A stretch of 64,000 nt of DNA, from positions 59,334,001 to 59,398,000 of the forward strand of contig OX597828.1 in the NCBI GenBank assembly GCA_951406725.2, in the 5' to 3' direction. The DNA is from Octopus vulgaris. Its lineage: Eukaryota. A program made the translations under genes and the position numbers. Below the pieces are notes generated by a model. That model did not search any database, was not told the DNA's origin, and saw only the letters and a list, made by a program, of their open reading frames with translations. Below, piece after piece: positions 36,748-49,857 of this stretch (positions within the stretch are counted from its first letter, which is position 1; the number at the start of each line of letters is the position of its first letter).

Positions 36748-36870
36748 ATATACGTGAACTGATCAATAAGTATCCGGACTGTTGCCATAGTAACGTAACT
36801 AAAGCACGTAGAGTAAAGCCGAGTGGCACAGATTGATCTTAGCCTCTGTTGCGCATGCACACTAAGTTGT
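36748..36870 (+). mobile_element. Probable Tc1/mariner-derived MITE terminus
   Basis: TA followed by tacgtgaactgatcaataagtatccggact, resembling mariner-type TIRs. No partner end was found. Confidence 0.4.
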
Positions 36871-37490
36871 ATGTGTGCGCGTGTGTGTGTGTGTGTATGC
36901 ATACAATAATGTTCATAATTATTTGATACAGTTCACATCATAAACCTTCTTCTCCTCCTCTTCCTCCTCCTCCTTCTTCTTCTTAGGCTTCTGGTAGAGA
37001 CCCGGCTAGTAACTAAATACCTCGTAATCAAACTAAAATATAATAATAATAACAATAATAATATTAATAATAATGATTTCTTTATTAACCACTAAGGGCT
37101 AACATAAAACACTTCTTCTTCTTCTACTTTTTCTTCTTCTTCTTCTTCTTCTTCTTCTTCTTCTTCTTCTTCTTCTTCTTCTTCTGCTATTGTTGCTGTT
37201 TCTACTACACCAACATCAAATAATACTTCTACTATTACAATAAATACGCTATTTCGAAGACAACCAGTTGGAGCTGAACTGGTCGTGGAATATCAAGACA
37301 ACATCCCTGATTCGCATCCTTTAGCTTTTGGAATGGTAACAGTTTTAGTTGGATAAAAGCATCTGCAATAATCACAAATTTATATTTATGTAGATATCTG
37401 AAGCTGCAATATAGATAGCAGATGTAACACAGATACAAGAAACCTGAACATCATGGAATATCTACAGGAATTCTTTGGTATCTATCTATA

Positions 37491-37588
<98 letters not shown>

Positions 37589-38494
37589 ATTCAAATTACC
37601 ATTATTACACGATTTGTACGTTAGAATTACCGTCTATTTTTTAACAAGTTTATTATTAATTTCTTTATGAAACATGATGTATTTGTGATGTTTCATTTTT
37701 CGTTTTAAACATCGCCTGCTCATTTACTCGTGTTAAACTCAATTGGGAGGAAAAAAATCATTTGAATTCTGTCAATTTATGACTTGGATTGGATTGCTAA
37801 AAATGTATTTCAATTTACATGTCATTTAAAACATTACGTGTCACTAACTGCCGAAATGTGACTCTGTGCTGTAGAAAACATTAACAGCATAATTGGAAAG
37901 ATTTCACGCAAATTAAATGGAAGTAAATACACAGAAGGAAAAAAGAAAAAAGACTTTATTTGTTTTATTGTATTTTTAGAAATGCTTCCGACCACTAAAT
38001 AAAGCAGCCAATGCAATCAAAAACAAAACTGTTAATCTAAGCATAAGTCTGTAGGAAGAAAACTACTTCTTCAAAGCATTTTTTAAGAAATACAATTTAG
38101 TTTTGCTCTTTCTGATAAGGAATTTATTAGAAAAAAGGCGATTGAGAAAAAAAAGACAAGAAGTCAAAATACCTGAAAGTATTTCGTTTTATCTCTCTTA
38201 CTTCCAAACGAGACGGTGATCTCCATATTTCAAAATTCAATGAAAATAAATATTAGTAGTATCCAAACGTTGTGTCAAGGTACTATTGATTTATTTTCGA
38301 TATTCCACCCTATAGAAAATTCATGTTATGTTTACTGAAATAAAATTAACTTTTATAAGGAATAAATTTATACTTTTTCCTGATGACAGTTCCGATATAA
38401 CTCGAACGCAATGTTTCCTTTCAGCGAAGAAATTCTGTTTCCAGGGTCTTCGAAAGACATACCAATTACATCCTTATAGGAATATAATTTTTGG

Positions 38495-38900
38495 GTGGTG
38501 AGTGGAGAAGTTACTCCACCTTCACATCAAATCACTCACTTTCTTCACCATCTACTCTTACGCACGCCCTACGTTCTCTATAGAAAATCTGTACAGCTCT
38601 CAACAATCCACCATACAACCGCAACACCTGCCACTTTACATCACTATCCACATGGTCATATACCTTTTCTAGGTGTATAAAGGCCCAATATACATCCCTG
38701 CCTTTCCTCACTTCTTCCCTTCCAATTGCACCGTAGTTCCATTCCCCAACAACAGGCATTCTCCTCGCTCCTCTTACTGCCACTATTCTTGCTTCCCTAT
38801 CATCCTCCACATTTAACAGCTCACTAAAATACTCGACCAATCTTCGTACATCCTCACTTCCTTTCAGCAAATTTCCATTTGCATCCTTCATTACTTCACC
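38495..38900 (-). pseudogene. RTE-type LINE RT fragment with internal deletions
   Basis: KDANGNLL...EYFSELLN...AFIHLEKVYDHV (cf. AFxDLEKAYDRV)...ACVRV. Confidence 0.7.
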
Positions 38901-39884
38901 GCATTACCAAGATATTACATCATATTATATTATAACTTTGCAAGACAGCAAGTTATAATATATATTATCTTGGTAATGTGGAGATGTCAGTTGATATGTC
39001 GATATACTGTGCTAGCAGAGAGTATATGTCGCACAAATATCATGTAGCTACTGTATCAATGTTGAGACGGCACAGTGTCTATTATGTATAGATATTACGT
39101 AGGTGCAGCGTAAAGATTTTCTTAGATACCGTATACTTGTGGGGAAGCAACGTAGGTATTATGCAAATGTTGTTTGGATATTGCAAAATTGTGTAAGAAT
39201 TGCGACTAGGTTGTGGACATATTTATGCATTTTGTACATATGTTGATACGCAAATGTGCAAAGGCTGTTTGTGAAACATGTATTTGTGTGTGTATTGTGT
39301 GTGTAGAAACTGTGTCTGTACAGTGTAGGTACTGAGTAGATATGTTGACACTGATGGTATCTAACTACTGTGTAAATTTTGAGGAGATACTATTTATATA
39401 TTCAGAGTGCGTAAACTGAGTAATTGGTTAGGTACTGGAGTTCGGTTCTATAGCAACACAGCGAAGCACGATAAGCAACAGAGAACAAACTTTGTCGTGA
39501 CAATCCGCCCGGTGTAAGTATTTCGCCCCAAAAGAATATATCAAATCTTTATGACATTTCTATTGTGACATTCTGCAAAGATATTTGTTCAATGAGAGGG
39601 AATAATTTACGTACAGAATAGTGGGAAGGCAAACATCGCCATAAGGATACACACACCTTTAGTAATAAAGGTAGAGAGAAATCATTTTTAACACAACTCT
39701 ACGCGTATGGTCCTGGAATGCATCATATGGGAATTTCATAATTTAAGAGGTATGCGTAAACCTCACGATATGGAGTATTATGGCGTATTGAGAGAAGATT
39801 TAGCGTTTCAAATACGCAGTGCGCAGCAGATATCATTTGCAACTATCTGATTCTAATGTCATATCGTCATTGTGGTGCTCATCT

Positions 39885-40273
39885 TTTAACTTTTACTTGC
39901 CTCAGTCATTGGACTGCGGCCATGCTTTGACACCGGCTTGAATATTTTTTAGTCGAATGAATCAATCCAAGTATTTATTTTTAAGCCTGGCACTTATTCT
40001 ACCAGTCTCTTTTGCCGAATCGCTAAGTTACGAGGACATAAACACACCAACATCGATTGTCAAGTGGTAATGGAGGGACTGATACAGACACCACACACAC
40101 ACACACACACACATATGTACGACGGGTTTGTATACCAAATCCAGGCACAAGGGTTTGGTCGGACCAAGACTATAAGTAGAAGACATTTGCCCAAGGTGCC
40201 ACGCGGTGGGACTGAACCGAAAACCACGTGATTGGGAAGCAAGATTCTTACCGCACAGCCACTCCTGCGCCTA
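39885..40273 (-). mobile_element. SINE family A
   Basis: Colinear similarity to other copies. Confidence 0.8.
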
Positions 40274-40321
40274 TACACACACATGTGTGTGCTTGTGTGT
40301 GCATACAGAATATATGTTTAT

Positions 40322-40393
<72 letters not shown>

Positions 40394-41291
40394 ATATGTA
40401 TATATATGTATATATATATATGTATGCATATATGCATGTGTGTGTGTGTGTGTACATATGATGGGTTTGTGTGAACGAACATGTGCATGTACGAGTCACT
40501 GTGTCTGTGTTTATATTTGCGTTTTCACTATTCTAAAAGACGGTACCGTTTCTACCCTGTAATTTAACCGTTCGGACAAATAGAATTCTAGACCTGAGTA
40601 AGAACTGGGATCTATATGATTGACTAAACCCCTGAAAGCAGCAAATAAATAATACTTAACGTTTTCCGCATTGATTTTTAGCTATAATAGTGTCTATTGT
40701 TGGAAATATAATATTTAATCCTCTCCTTTGAAACTGTAACCTATCACTAGTCGATTACCAATAGATTCCTTGCAGGTCATATAAATATATAATATCACTT
40801 CTTTTTTTCTGATATCAAATGTAACCGTAATGAATATCTCCCTCACTTCAAAATAATAAACGACACAGACGAATCCATTTCTGACTGTTGGCATTTGTCT
40901 TATATCTATGTATTCTATTTTTATATATTTCATTATTTTTTGTTTGTCTACTTTCATCCCTAATCCAATAAATTTAATTACTATGTATTTTTTCTTGTAT
41001 CTTTTATATAATCGTTTATTTTGTATATTATATTGTGTTTTTCTATGTTTTCTTTTATATGCGTACATATATTTATCATTGCCCTTAACCAATCACCTTC
41101 ACAGAAAATACACATATACAAACGTTCACAGAATGAATATGATCCACTGAAAACTATAAATTGCAACTCATTCTAGCTATATGTACAGATATATACTAAT
41201 CACACATACAGACACATGCAAACTCGTGTATATATATACACACATATATGTGTGTGTGTTGTGCGCGTGTGTGTGTACATGCACATATTTA

Positions 41292-41371
<80 letters not shown>

Positions 41372-41582
41372 CAGATAGATAGATAGATAGATAGATAGAC
41401 AGGTAGATAAAGAGAGAGATAGAAAAGTTTGATAGATAGATATACATTACATGTCACATTTTCTTACTCACACGCACACACCCACGCACACACACATGCA
41501 CACACCCACACACATACATTCCAAATATTTGTTGACACATACTATATATATATATATATATAAGCACACACACACACACACG

Positions 41583-41628
<46 letters not shown>

Positions 41629-41655
41629 CATAGATTTAAACATTTATAGATACAA

Positions 41656-41781
<126 letters not shown>

Positions 41782-42256
41782 TCAACGAGAAATAAGCAGA
41801 AACAACGATTTTTGAATCTCCAGTTCCTGATTCCTGTCTCACGACTATTGCATTGATTGGAAAAGTTGGTAATCTTAGGCGAAGAAACAGTTTAGACATT
41901 CGGTGACAAACAAAGAAAACGTAGAAGAAAAAGCAGGAAAAAAAGAGCATTAACAAGAAAAGAAGAAAACAAACATAGAAAAGGTTAAGGAAAAAAAAAG
42001 AATATCAAGACAAACAAAAGATAACTGGAGGCGAGGTGAATGTAATGAGAGTTGATTTATTCAGAGCCTAAATTGTGTTATTGAGAGAATCAATGTCGCT
42101 TGCGATTGGTTGAGGATATTTTCATTTTTAGTCGGTGTTATCTTCGAAAGGTAATCAATAAATGCTGAATAGTAATCAATAGAATTAGATTTGAGGTGAA
42201 CGAAGGCTATATACATACATACATACATACATACATACATACATACATACATACAT

Positions 42257-42307
<51 letters not shown>

Positions 42308-42483
42308 TGTATGTATATATATATATATGTTTAAAAATGTCGGATAAGTATATGTAAATATAAGACATGAACAACGATTGCCAAAATCACTTTTCAGTCA
42401 CTACCATAACAACAATACCGTCACTATTATCGGAACCACTCCTGCTCCTGCTGCTGCTCCTCCTCCTCCTCCTCCTCCTCCTC

Positions 42484-42538
<55 letters not shown>

Positions 42539-42809
42539 AAAAGAAACAAAGGAAAATGGTGAAGACAGGGGCACGTGTGAATAAGGATCAGAAATATAGG
42601 TATTACATTATTAATGTTAAACTACAATTAACTTTGCTGACCACTTCGATTGTATCTTTCAAAACCCATAGATAACTGTTTCAATCTACCCTACTCCACC
42701 TACACAAGCACATGCTTGAGAGGTAGAGAACACATACATTTTGCAGGTAATTATACTTACAGGTAGCCACACTATAAAAAAAAAGGGAAAAACGTACTTA
42801 ATATATATA

Positions 42810-43190
42810 CAGGAGTGGCTGTGTGGTAAGTAGCTTGCTAACCAACCACACGGTTGCGGGTTCAGTCCCACTGCGTGGCATCTTGGGCAAGTGTCTTCTG
42901 CTATAGCCCCGGGCCGACCAATGCCTTGTGAGTGGATTTGGTAGACGGAAACTGAAAGAAGCCTGTCGTATATATGTATGTATATGTATGTATATGTGTG
43001 TGTGTTTGTGTGTCTGTGTTTGTCCCCCTGGCATTGCTTGACAACCGATGCTGGTGTGTTTACGTCCCCCGTCACTTAGCGGTTCTGGCAAAAAGAGACC
43101 GATAGAATAAGTACTAAAAAAAGGTGGTGCTCCAGCATGGCCGCAGTCAAATGACTGAAACAAGTAAAAGAGTAAAAGAGTAAAAGAGTA
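42810..43190 (+). mobile_element. SINE family A
   Basis: caggagtggctgtgtggtaag head and (gtaaaaga)n tail. Confidence 0.85.
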
Positions 43191-43339
43191 TATATATGTA
43201 CACACGCTTGCCCACATTTATATATATATATATATGTATATATCTTTCTGTCTGTGTGTATATGATTGTTGTATATAAATACATGAATTTGCTTGAGTCA
43301 AGTGTTAACCACATAAAAAGCAACTGGTCCTCCTACAGA

Positions 43340-43495
43340 GCAAATTCCGCCGAGGTCCACTTTGCCTTTCATCCTTTCGGGGTCGATAAATTAAGTACCA
43401 GTTACGCACTGGGGTCGATGTAATCGACTTAATACCTATGTCTGTCCTTGTTTGTCCCCTCTGTGTTTAGCCCCTTGTGGGCAGTAAAGAAATAG
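43340..43495 (+). mobile_element. SINE family B fragment
   Basis: Meta-like domain plus ttagccccttgtgggcagtaaagaaat tail. Confidence 0.75.
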
Positions 43496-43571
43496 CTACA
43501 GAGATTGAAACGAAATTTAGTGTGTGGAAATGTGTATTTGTTTCGTGGTAAAAGTGGGAAAACTTGAATCT

Positions 43572-43644
<73 letters not shown>

Positions 43645-44022
43645 GTTGATACAGGGAGTTTTATAAGTAATATTTTACACTGAATGTATTACTCTATTCC
43701 TTTGTATAATATCTGCTTTCATTTCTCTTTAAATAAAAATATTGTCATGTAATCTGAAAACCACTAGAAATTTTGTTGCAGTCAACTTGACATGCACGCA
43801 CGCACACGCACACACACGCCCGCGCACACACACACACACATGCACACACACACACACACACATATACAGCTACGAACGCAGACAGAGCATACAGGCATGC
43901 GTATGTGTCTGTGTCAGCGAGCATAGAGAAATGTTACGTTCAACGATAACGAAAACAAAGGCAGAAGATAAAAAAATTGTTTAAGACGGAATACTGATGT
44001 TGAAACAATGTTACTTTGGGTG

Positions 44023-44053
<31 letters not shown>

Positions 44054-44095
44054 TGTATGTATGTATGTATGTATGTATGTATGTATGTATGTATG

Positions 44096-44131
<36 letters not shown>

Positions 44132-44169
44132 ATGTACACATATATTCATTTGTGCTACATTCTTACATA

Positions 44170-44650
44170 CATTTGCTGGAATATTCCCATCAAAACTTCT
44201 GTGAAATGTAAGCATAACAAGCCCGATATTGTGGTTTAGTCAAGGGAAAAGTTATGTTCCATCACAGAGGTTAGCTGCCCTGCAGATATAAATATATCTT
44301 TGAAAATCAAAGAAAAAGAGGATATCTTCGGACAACTGCTTTGAAACCTCCAGCTTCTATATCCTGACTAGGAATTCATATTCATACCAATCATAATTGG
44401 AACATTAGGTTTTGTTAGTAAATACTTAAAGGAGAATCTAGATAAACTGGGATTTTCAGGAAGAGAAACTGATTCGTACATTGTAAGGGGAACAGTAAAT
44501 CTATGCAAGACTTTTCTCCAGTTCCAAATGTGAATCTGTCTGTGTTAACTAACATCCCAAAGATGGAGCCAGGTATCTTTGTTAGAAACCGGCTTCCTCT
44601 TCCCCAGTGGGAGATTTATAATAATTTAAAAAATAGAAGAGACACATACA
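44170..44650 (+). mobile_element. 3' fragment of an R4-like RLE retrotransposon ending in (TACA)n
   Basis: WNIPIKTSVKCKHNKPDIVV*SREKLCSITEVSCPADINI..KEK..FIPIIIGTLG (PD..ExxP endonuclease, with stops), then a 3' UTR running into (TACA)n. Confidence 0.75.
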
Positions 44651-45314
44651 TTACGATAAATACATACATACATACATACAATACATACATACATACATAC
44701 ATACATATGGTTTCAAATACCATACATACATACACATACATACATACGGCACTCCGACTACGGTATCGACGACAAACAGAGTTTATCCCAAGAGATCCCG
44801 AAGATATATAGAACTTGATCCTGTCACGTGACCTAATGACACGTGTATAAGCAGAACAACCTAAAGAAGAATTCACCCACTAAAAGACAAAGAAACGCTA
44901 GAAAACTGATTTGAAGACACGAGCTTGTGAGTTCATAGCCCTCCACCTAATACACTAGACCATTTACGTTTTCTGTACACCCAGAGACTGCAAAGGTACT
45001 CCAAATGCGTTTTGGACAGAATATAATGGTGGCATTAAGATACATCCTATTGCATTTTGTAATCAAATCCCTCCCGACTTAAATTCCCAGGTTATATATA
45101 TTAAATGCTAAACGATATACCGACTACGATATATATATATTATATATACTTTCGAAGACGGTGCCCTAGCATAACTTGTATAATAACATATATATATCAG
45201 TATATATATGTATATAAAAAGAGTGAGACCAGTGTTGTGTTCCTTGAATGTATGTGTAGTGCACCAAGTTGCCACAAAGTTCTTATGTAATGTATTCATC
45301 TATATATATGTATG

Positions 45315-45363
<49 letters not shown>

Positions 45364-45872
45364 ACGGATATGAGAGAGAGAGAGATAGAGATAGGGAGGA
45401 AGAGGGGGAGAAAATTTTATATAAATGAGTGAAATTGCCAACATATGTAAATGCCTTTCTGACATAACATATGTCTTTCTTCAACATTTCCGCCGTCTCT
45501 ATTATACCGTCGATGTCGTTACCACCGCCGCCGTCGTATGTCGTCGTCGTTGCTTCTTTTTTTACTCGTTAAAGTGTTGCTGAGTCGAAATGTCCTGTTA
45601 TGGTCAGCAGACCGTGGGAACAGACAGCAGTAGAAAGCCATAGGACCTAATACTCAAAGCTATATAGAACAAGTAGGGCGTTAGTCAACTCCAGAACTTC
45701 CTTATTCTAGCTTCGTTGATAATTTCTTTCTTTCTTGGCTTCTCTCTTAAATTTCGTTTCTTTTTATATTTCTTCAGTCAAAAATGGCATTCAAGGACAC
45801 ACTCTTAATATTCCCACACATACAAACAGAAGTACATATACACATGTACTCAAACATATCATATCATATCAT

Positions 45873-45947
<75 letters not shown>

Positions 45948-46162
45948 TTTTGTATATGCATCACAAGCACATCAAATATTCACATGTCGAGACAAACATT
46001 CAAAAGTTATCAAGCCCACCCACACTGTTAAAAGTATATTTGACCATACTAATACAACCATAATACACATTGAATCATTTACACCTAGACACACACGCGC
46101 ACACACACACACGCGTACACGCACACGCACACGTCTTACCACACATCCATACGCATAAACAC

Positions 46163-46193
<31 letters not shown>

Positions 46194-47622
46194 TGTATGT
46201 ATGTATGTATGTATGTATGTATATATATATACACACACACACACACAAATGCATACATACTTACATGCATACATGTAATACATGCATACATATTCTCAAC
46301 ATATAAACCAGTTCGACTCGTTTCCCACATGCGCAGGTCTGCACACAACCGATAGTTTTGAGTGACAAAATAAAGTTAACAACAGTGAAATATTGCAACG
46401 AAGTAACTTTTGCTGTTATCGAAGCTTTTCACTACTTTCTTTGTGAGATATACCTGTTGTAACTTATTGATAGTCTACAGAGAACTAGTATATTATAACT
46501 AGAATTGAGGCTCACAAATATATTACATATTCCGATTTTGGGGGGATACTGCATAATAGGCATTAAGTATCTAACGAGATGTTTAATGTGCCATCTAGTC
46601 AATAGCGTTGGCGTGAAGACAGAGAAGGAAGATATATGCAGTTAGCTAGTTCTCTGTAGTTTGATATCGAGATGAGAAAGAGAGACAAAGAACAAGTGGG
46701 AGAAAGAGAGTGAGGTGGATCGTGGTGCGAGTAGATTTGTGTATGCACGCGTATGTACCGGCTTTCAATTGATGCTGGAATAACGTAGACAGTAGACACG
46801 TGTCGTCCAAGATTTATAGTGAGGAAAAGCGGGAACGTGAAACGTTCATGTGTTTATGCTATTGAGATTTACTCGTCTTTTGTTTAAAATACTATGTCCA
46901 ATTCCTACTATAAAATTGGTTTTGTGAGAATTGTTTCAACCACGCCTGCGTTTAGTTGACTATAAGTGGACTCAGTATCATTGAATCATCGACTACTCTT
47001 CCTACCATTCTCTCTCCCTCCACCTTTGTCTTCCTGCTTGCCTGCTTGTCTGTCTGCCTGTCTGCCTGTCTGTCTGTCTGTCTCGCAATTTTTTATATTG
47101 TTATTTTCTTATTTTGCTCTACAATTGTCTTTCTGAGTGTTTTTCTCTATTTCACTCGCTTTCAGCATCCATTTTTTTCTCAACGTCAATTTCTTACGCT
47201 TATGTTTTTGAAAAAAAAAAGAAAAAGAGAAACAAAAAAACTTTTGCGATCGGCATTTCTTCTGTCCTTATTTCGCACTCGTTTCTCCTAGCTATGTATT
47301 TGGTGTCTTAGTGTCAATCCGCTCCTTCTATCTATGTTACTCACTAGCCAGTGTTTACCAAACTAGCTGATAAAAGAATTCCCCTATAAAGCTACTCATT
47401 CTGCTAGAAATAGTGACATCTCTCTTAAATAACCTTCAAATAACGATGCGGTTGCTGATATATATGATGTAATCGTGACGGCTTGAACGACTTTATTAAA
47501 GTTTTCACTATCAAAGCTGACCTGAAGGATTATAAAAGAACGAAAATAATTTATCAAACCATCCATCCATCTCTCTATCTATTTACCTATCCATCCTTCG
47601 ATACACATACACGCACACGCAC

Positions 47623-47687
<65 letters not shown>

Positions 47688-49054
47688 GTGTACCACAAAA
47701 CCTCTCAAAATTAGACACCAATATCTGAGCGTTATCTAAACCTAATTAGATTACCTATGAAGAAAAACCAACCAATAAGTGATCTTCACAAACTATGAAT
47801 CCACAACTACTTTCCAACTTTACAAGAATGAAGGACAACCCAGAATAACAAGACTAATATATAAGAAACTCACATACCAGTATAACAAATGTATAGGTAT
47901 TCCTCATCAGCAGCTGCCAAATGGATATCACTATGGTTTCGACACATGGATAGTGTCATTCAATCGACACAGTACTGGAGGTGTCAACAGCGTTAAAAAT
48001 GTAAACATTGCGTGGGGATCCATCAGGTTACTACTACTGGTAACAACTTCAAGCTAAACAAATAATATTAACTCATAGTTACAAAATAGTACGTATAAAA
48101 TCAAAAAACTTATTCCAAAACGGACATTCAGACAATAGAATGAACATAGACTACTAGAGAGTTTGTATCTCAATCTACATCACATCACAATCATAACACA
48201 CTAGAAACAAGCCTAATATAGACAAGTGAAACAATATACCTCATAAACAACGTCCTCGAACAATGTACACGGAAATGTAGAAGCTTAGATCAATATATAT
48301 GAAACAAGTTCAATATTATAAAATATATTATTAAAAGTAAATATTAAAAGTAAAACTATAAAACGAGAAAGGAAATTAGAATTAAATTAAATGAAATAAA
48401 AAAAAATTATATATAGCACCCACACCATCATCCACACACCTACACATGCACACCCCTACACGTCAAGGTCACCAACCACAATCCACATGCACATACACGC
48501 TCTCATATGCACACGCACGCGCTCCTTCGTTTTGGGGTTGCCATTACTTTATTATCTCCCCTTCTTCCTAGCTCTCCTGTCTGACCACCTCTGTCCAGCC
48601 ATCGCCATGACGACCGCTAACCACTAAAGCTTTTTTTATGTCTCTCTCTGTTTGTTGTCTCGTGTTCCTTTTTGTTGAAGAGCGTAGGCCTGAAACGTAA
48701 AAGACTTTGTCACCTTCCCGAGTGTTAAACAAATACACCTGTTTCTTGTTTACACACCTGTCTTCATCCTTTGCTTTTTTTTTTTTTTTTTTTTGTAAAT
48801 TCCAACTATATATATATATATATATATATAGGTCACAGATGAGATCCAGTAATTCTCCATATAGAAGACATTAAGTAGTACACAAAAGAGACAAAATTAG
48901 ACTCCGATGTCTTTACAGGTAATCGTTTCTACCTTTTGTTTTCTCTCGTTTTGCATATATACATGCTATTTATACATATTAAATATTTTTACATTTGTTG
49001 TATTTAATATGTTTAATATATTTGATGTGTCTTATTTGATTATCCGCATAATTG

Positions 49055-49125
<71 letters not shown>

Positions 49126-49142
49126 TTATGTGAAATAGAAAG

Positions 49143-49826
49143 ATGAATAATCTTGTAGTAGATTAATCAAAAGTTTAACCGATACCTTAGTAGCAAAAAT
49201 CACAGTAAAACAGCACGGTTGGAGGTACAACCATATGGTGTTGCAACCGTGCGTTGGTGCGGATAATTGAAATTAGAACATTATTGGTGAATTGAAGAAA
49301 TGGAGCTGAACGCAGATTGAACAGAAATCGTTTTATTTCATTCTATACGTGTTTCGAAAGGCACAAATTACCAAAATCCGATGGAATAATGGGACCATAT
49401 TGTGTCTTTCTCTTCAGGAAGAAAATAGGGAAATCCGTTGGAAAAACAAAAACAGAACAGAGGCGGGGCAAAAACAAATCGAACTATGCTCCTAAGAGCC
49501 CATGGCGAAACTGTTTATCAGTGTATGTTGAGAACCGGTGGCTGAAGAATCTCAACGGGTCAGGCATCGGTCAATCATGTGGGTGAGGGGGCGTAGATGT
49601 TCTTTGTGACCGAGAATAAAGTTCTGACTATTTAAGGAATATTGGATGTTTTATAAGGGGCGAGAAAAAATCTACTTAGAGACGTGTGTGTGTGTATATG
49701 TTTGTTCTATATACGTGTGTGTTGGCGTAGGGGTAGAAAACATTTTTTGTGTACGTGTGTGCGTTTGATCGTTCGGTAACTGTCAGTGGCTACTGCCGTG
49801 ATGACCGTTGGGTGGCAGAATAAAAA

Positions 49827-49857
<31 letters not shown>

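Noticed and set aside
42367-42675. Pro/Thr-rich mucin-like or poly-Leu exon
   Set aside because: Explained by adjoining (CCT)n/(ACT)n triplet repeats; no convincing splice context.
44880-45090. Gypsy RNase H remnant (IHPIAF)
   Set aside because: Only one short motif in noisy sequence; insufficient to call.
47750-48350. Decayed R4-like fragment (NKPNI)
   Set aside because: A-rich coding-like strand bias, but the motifs are too degraded to support.
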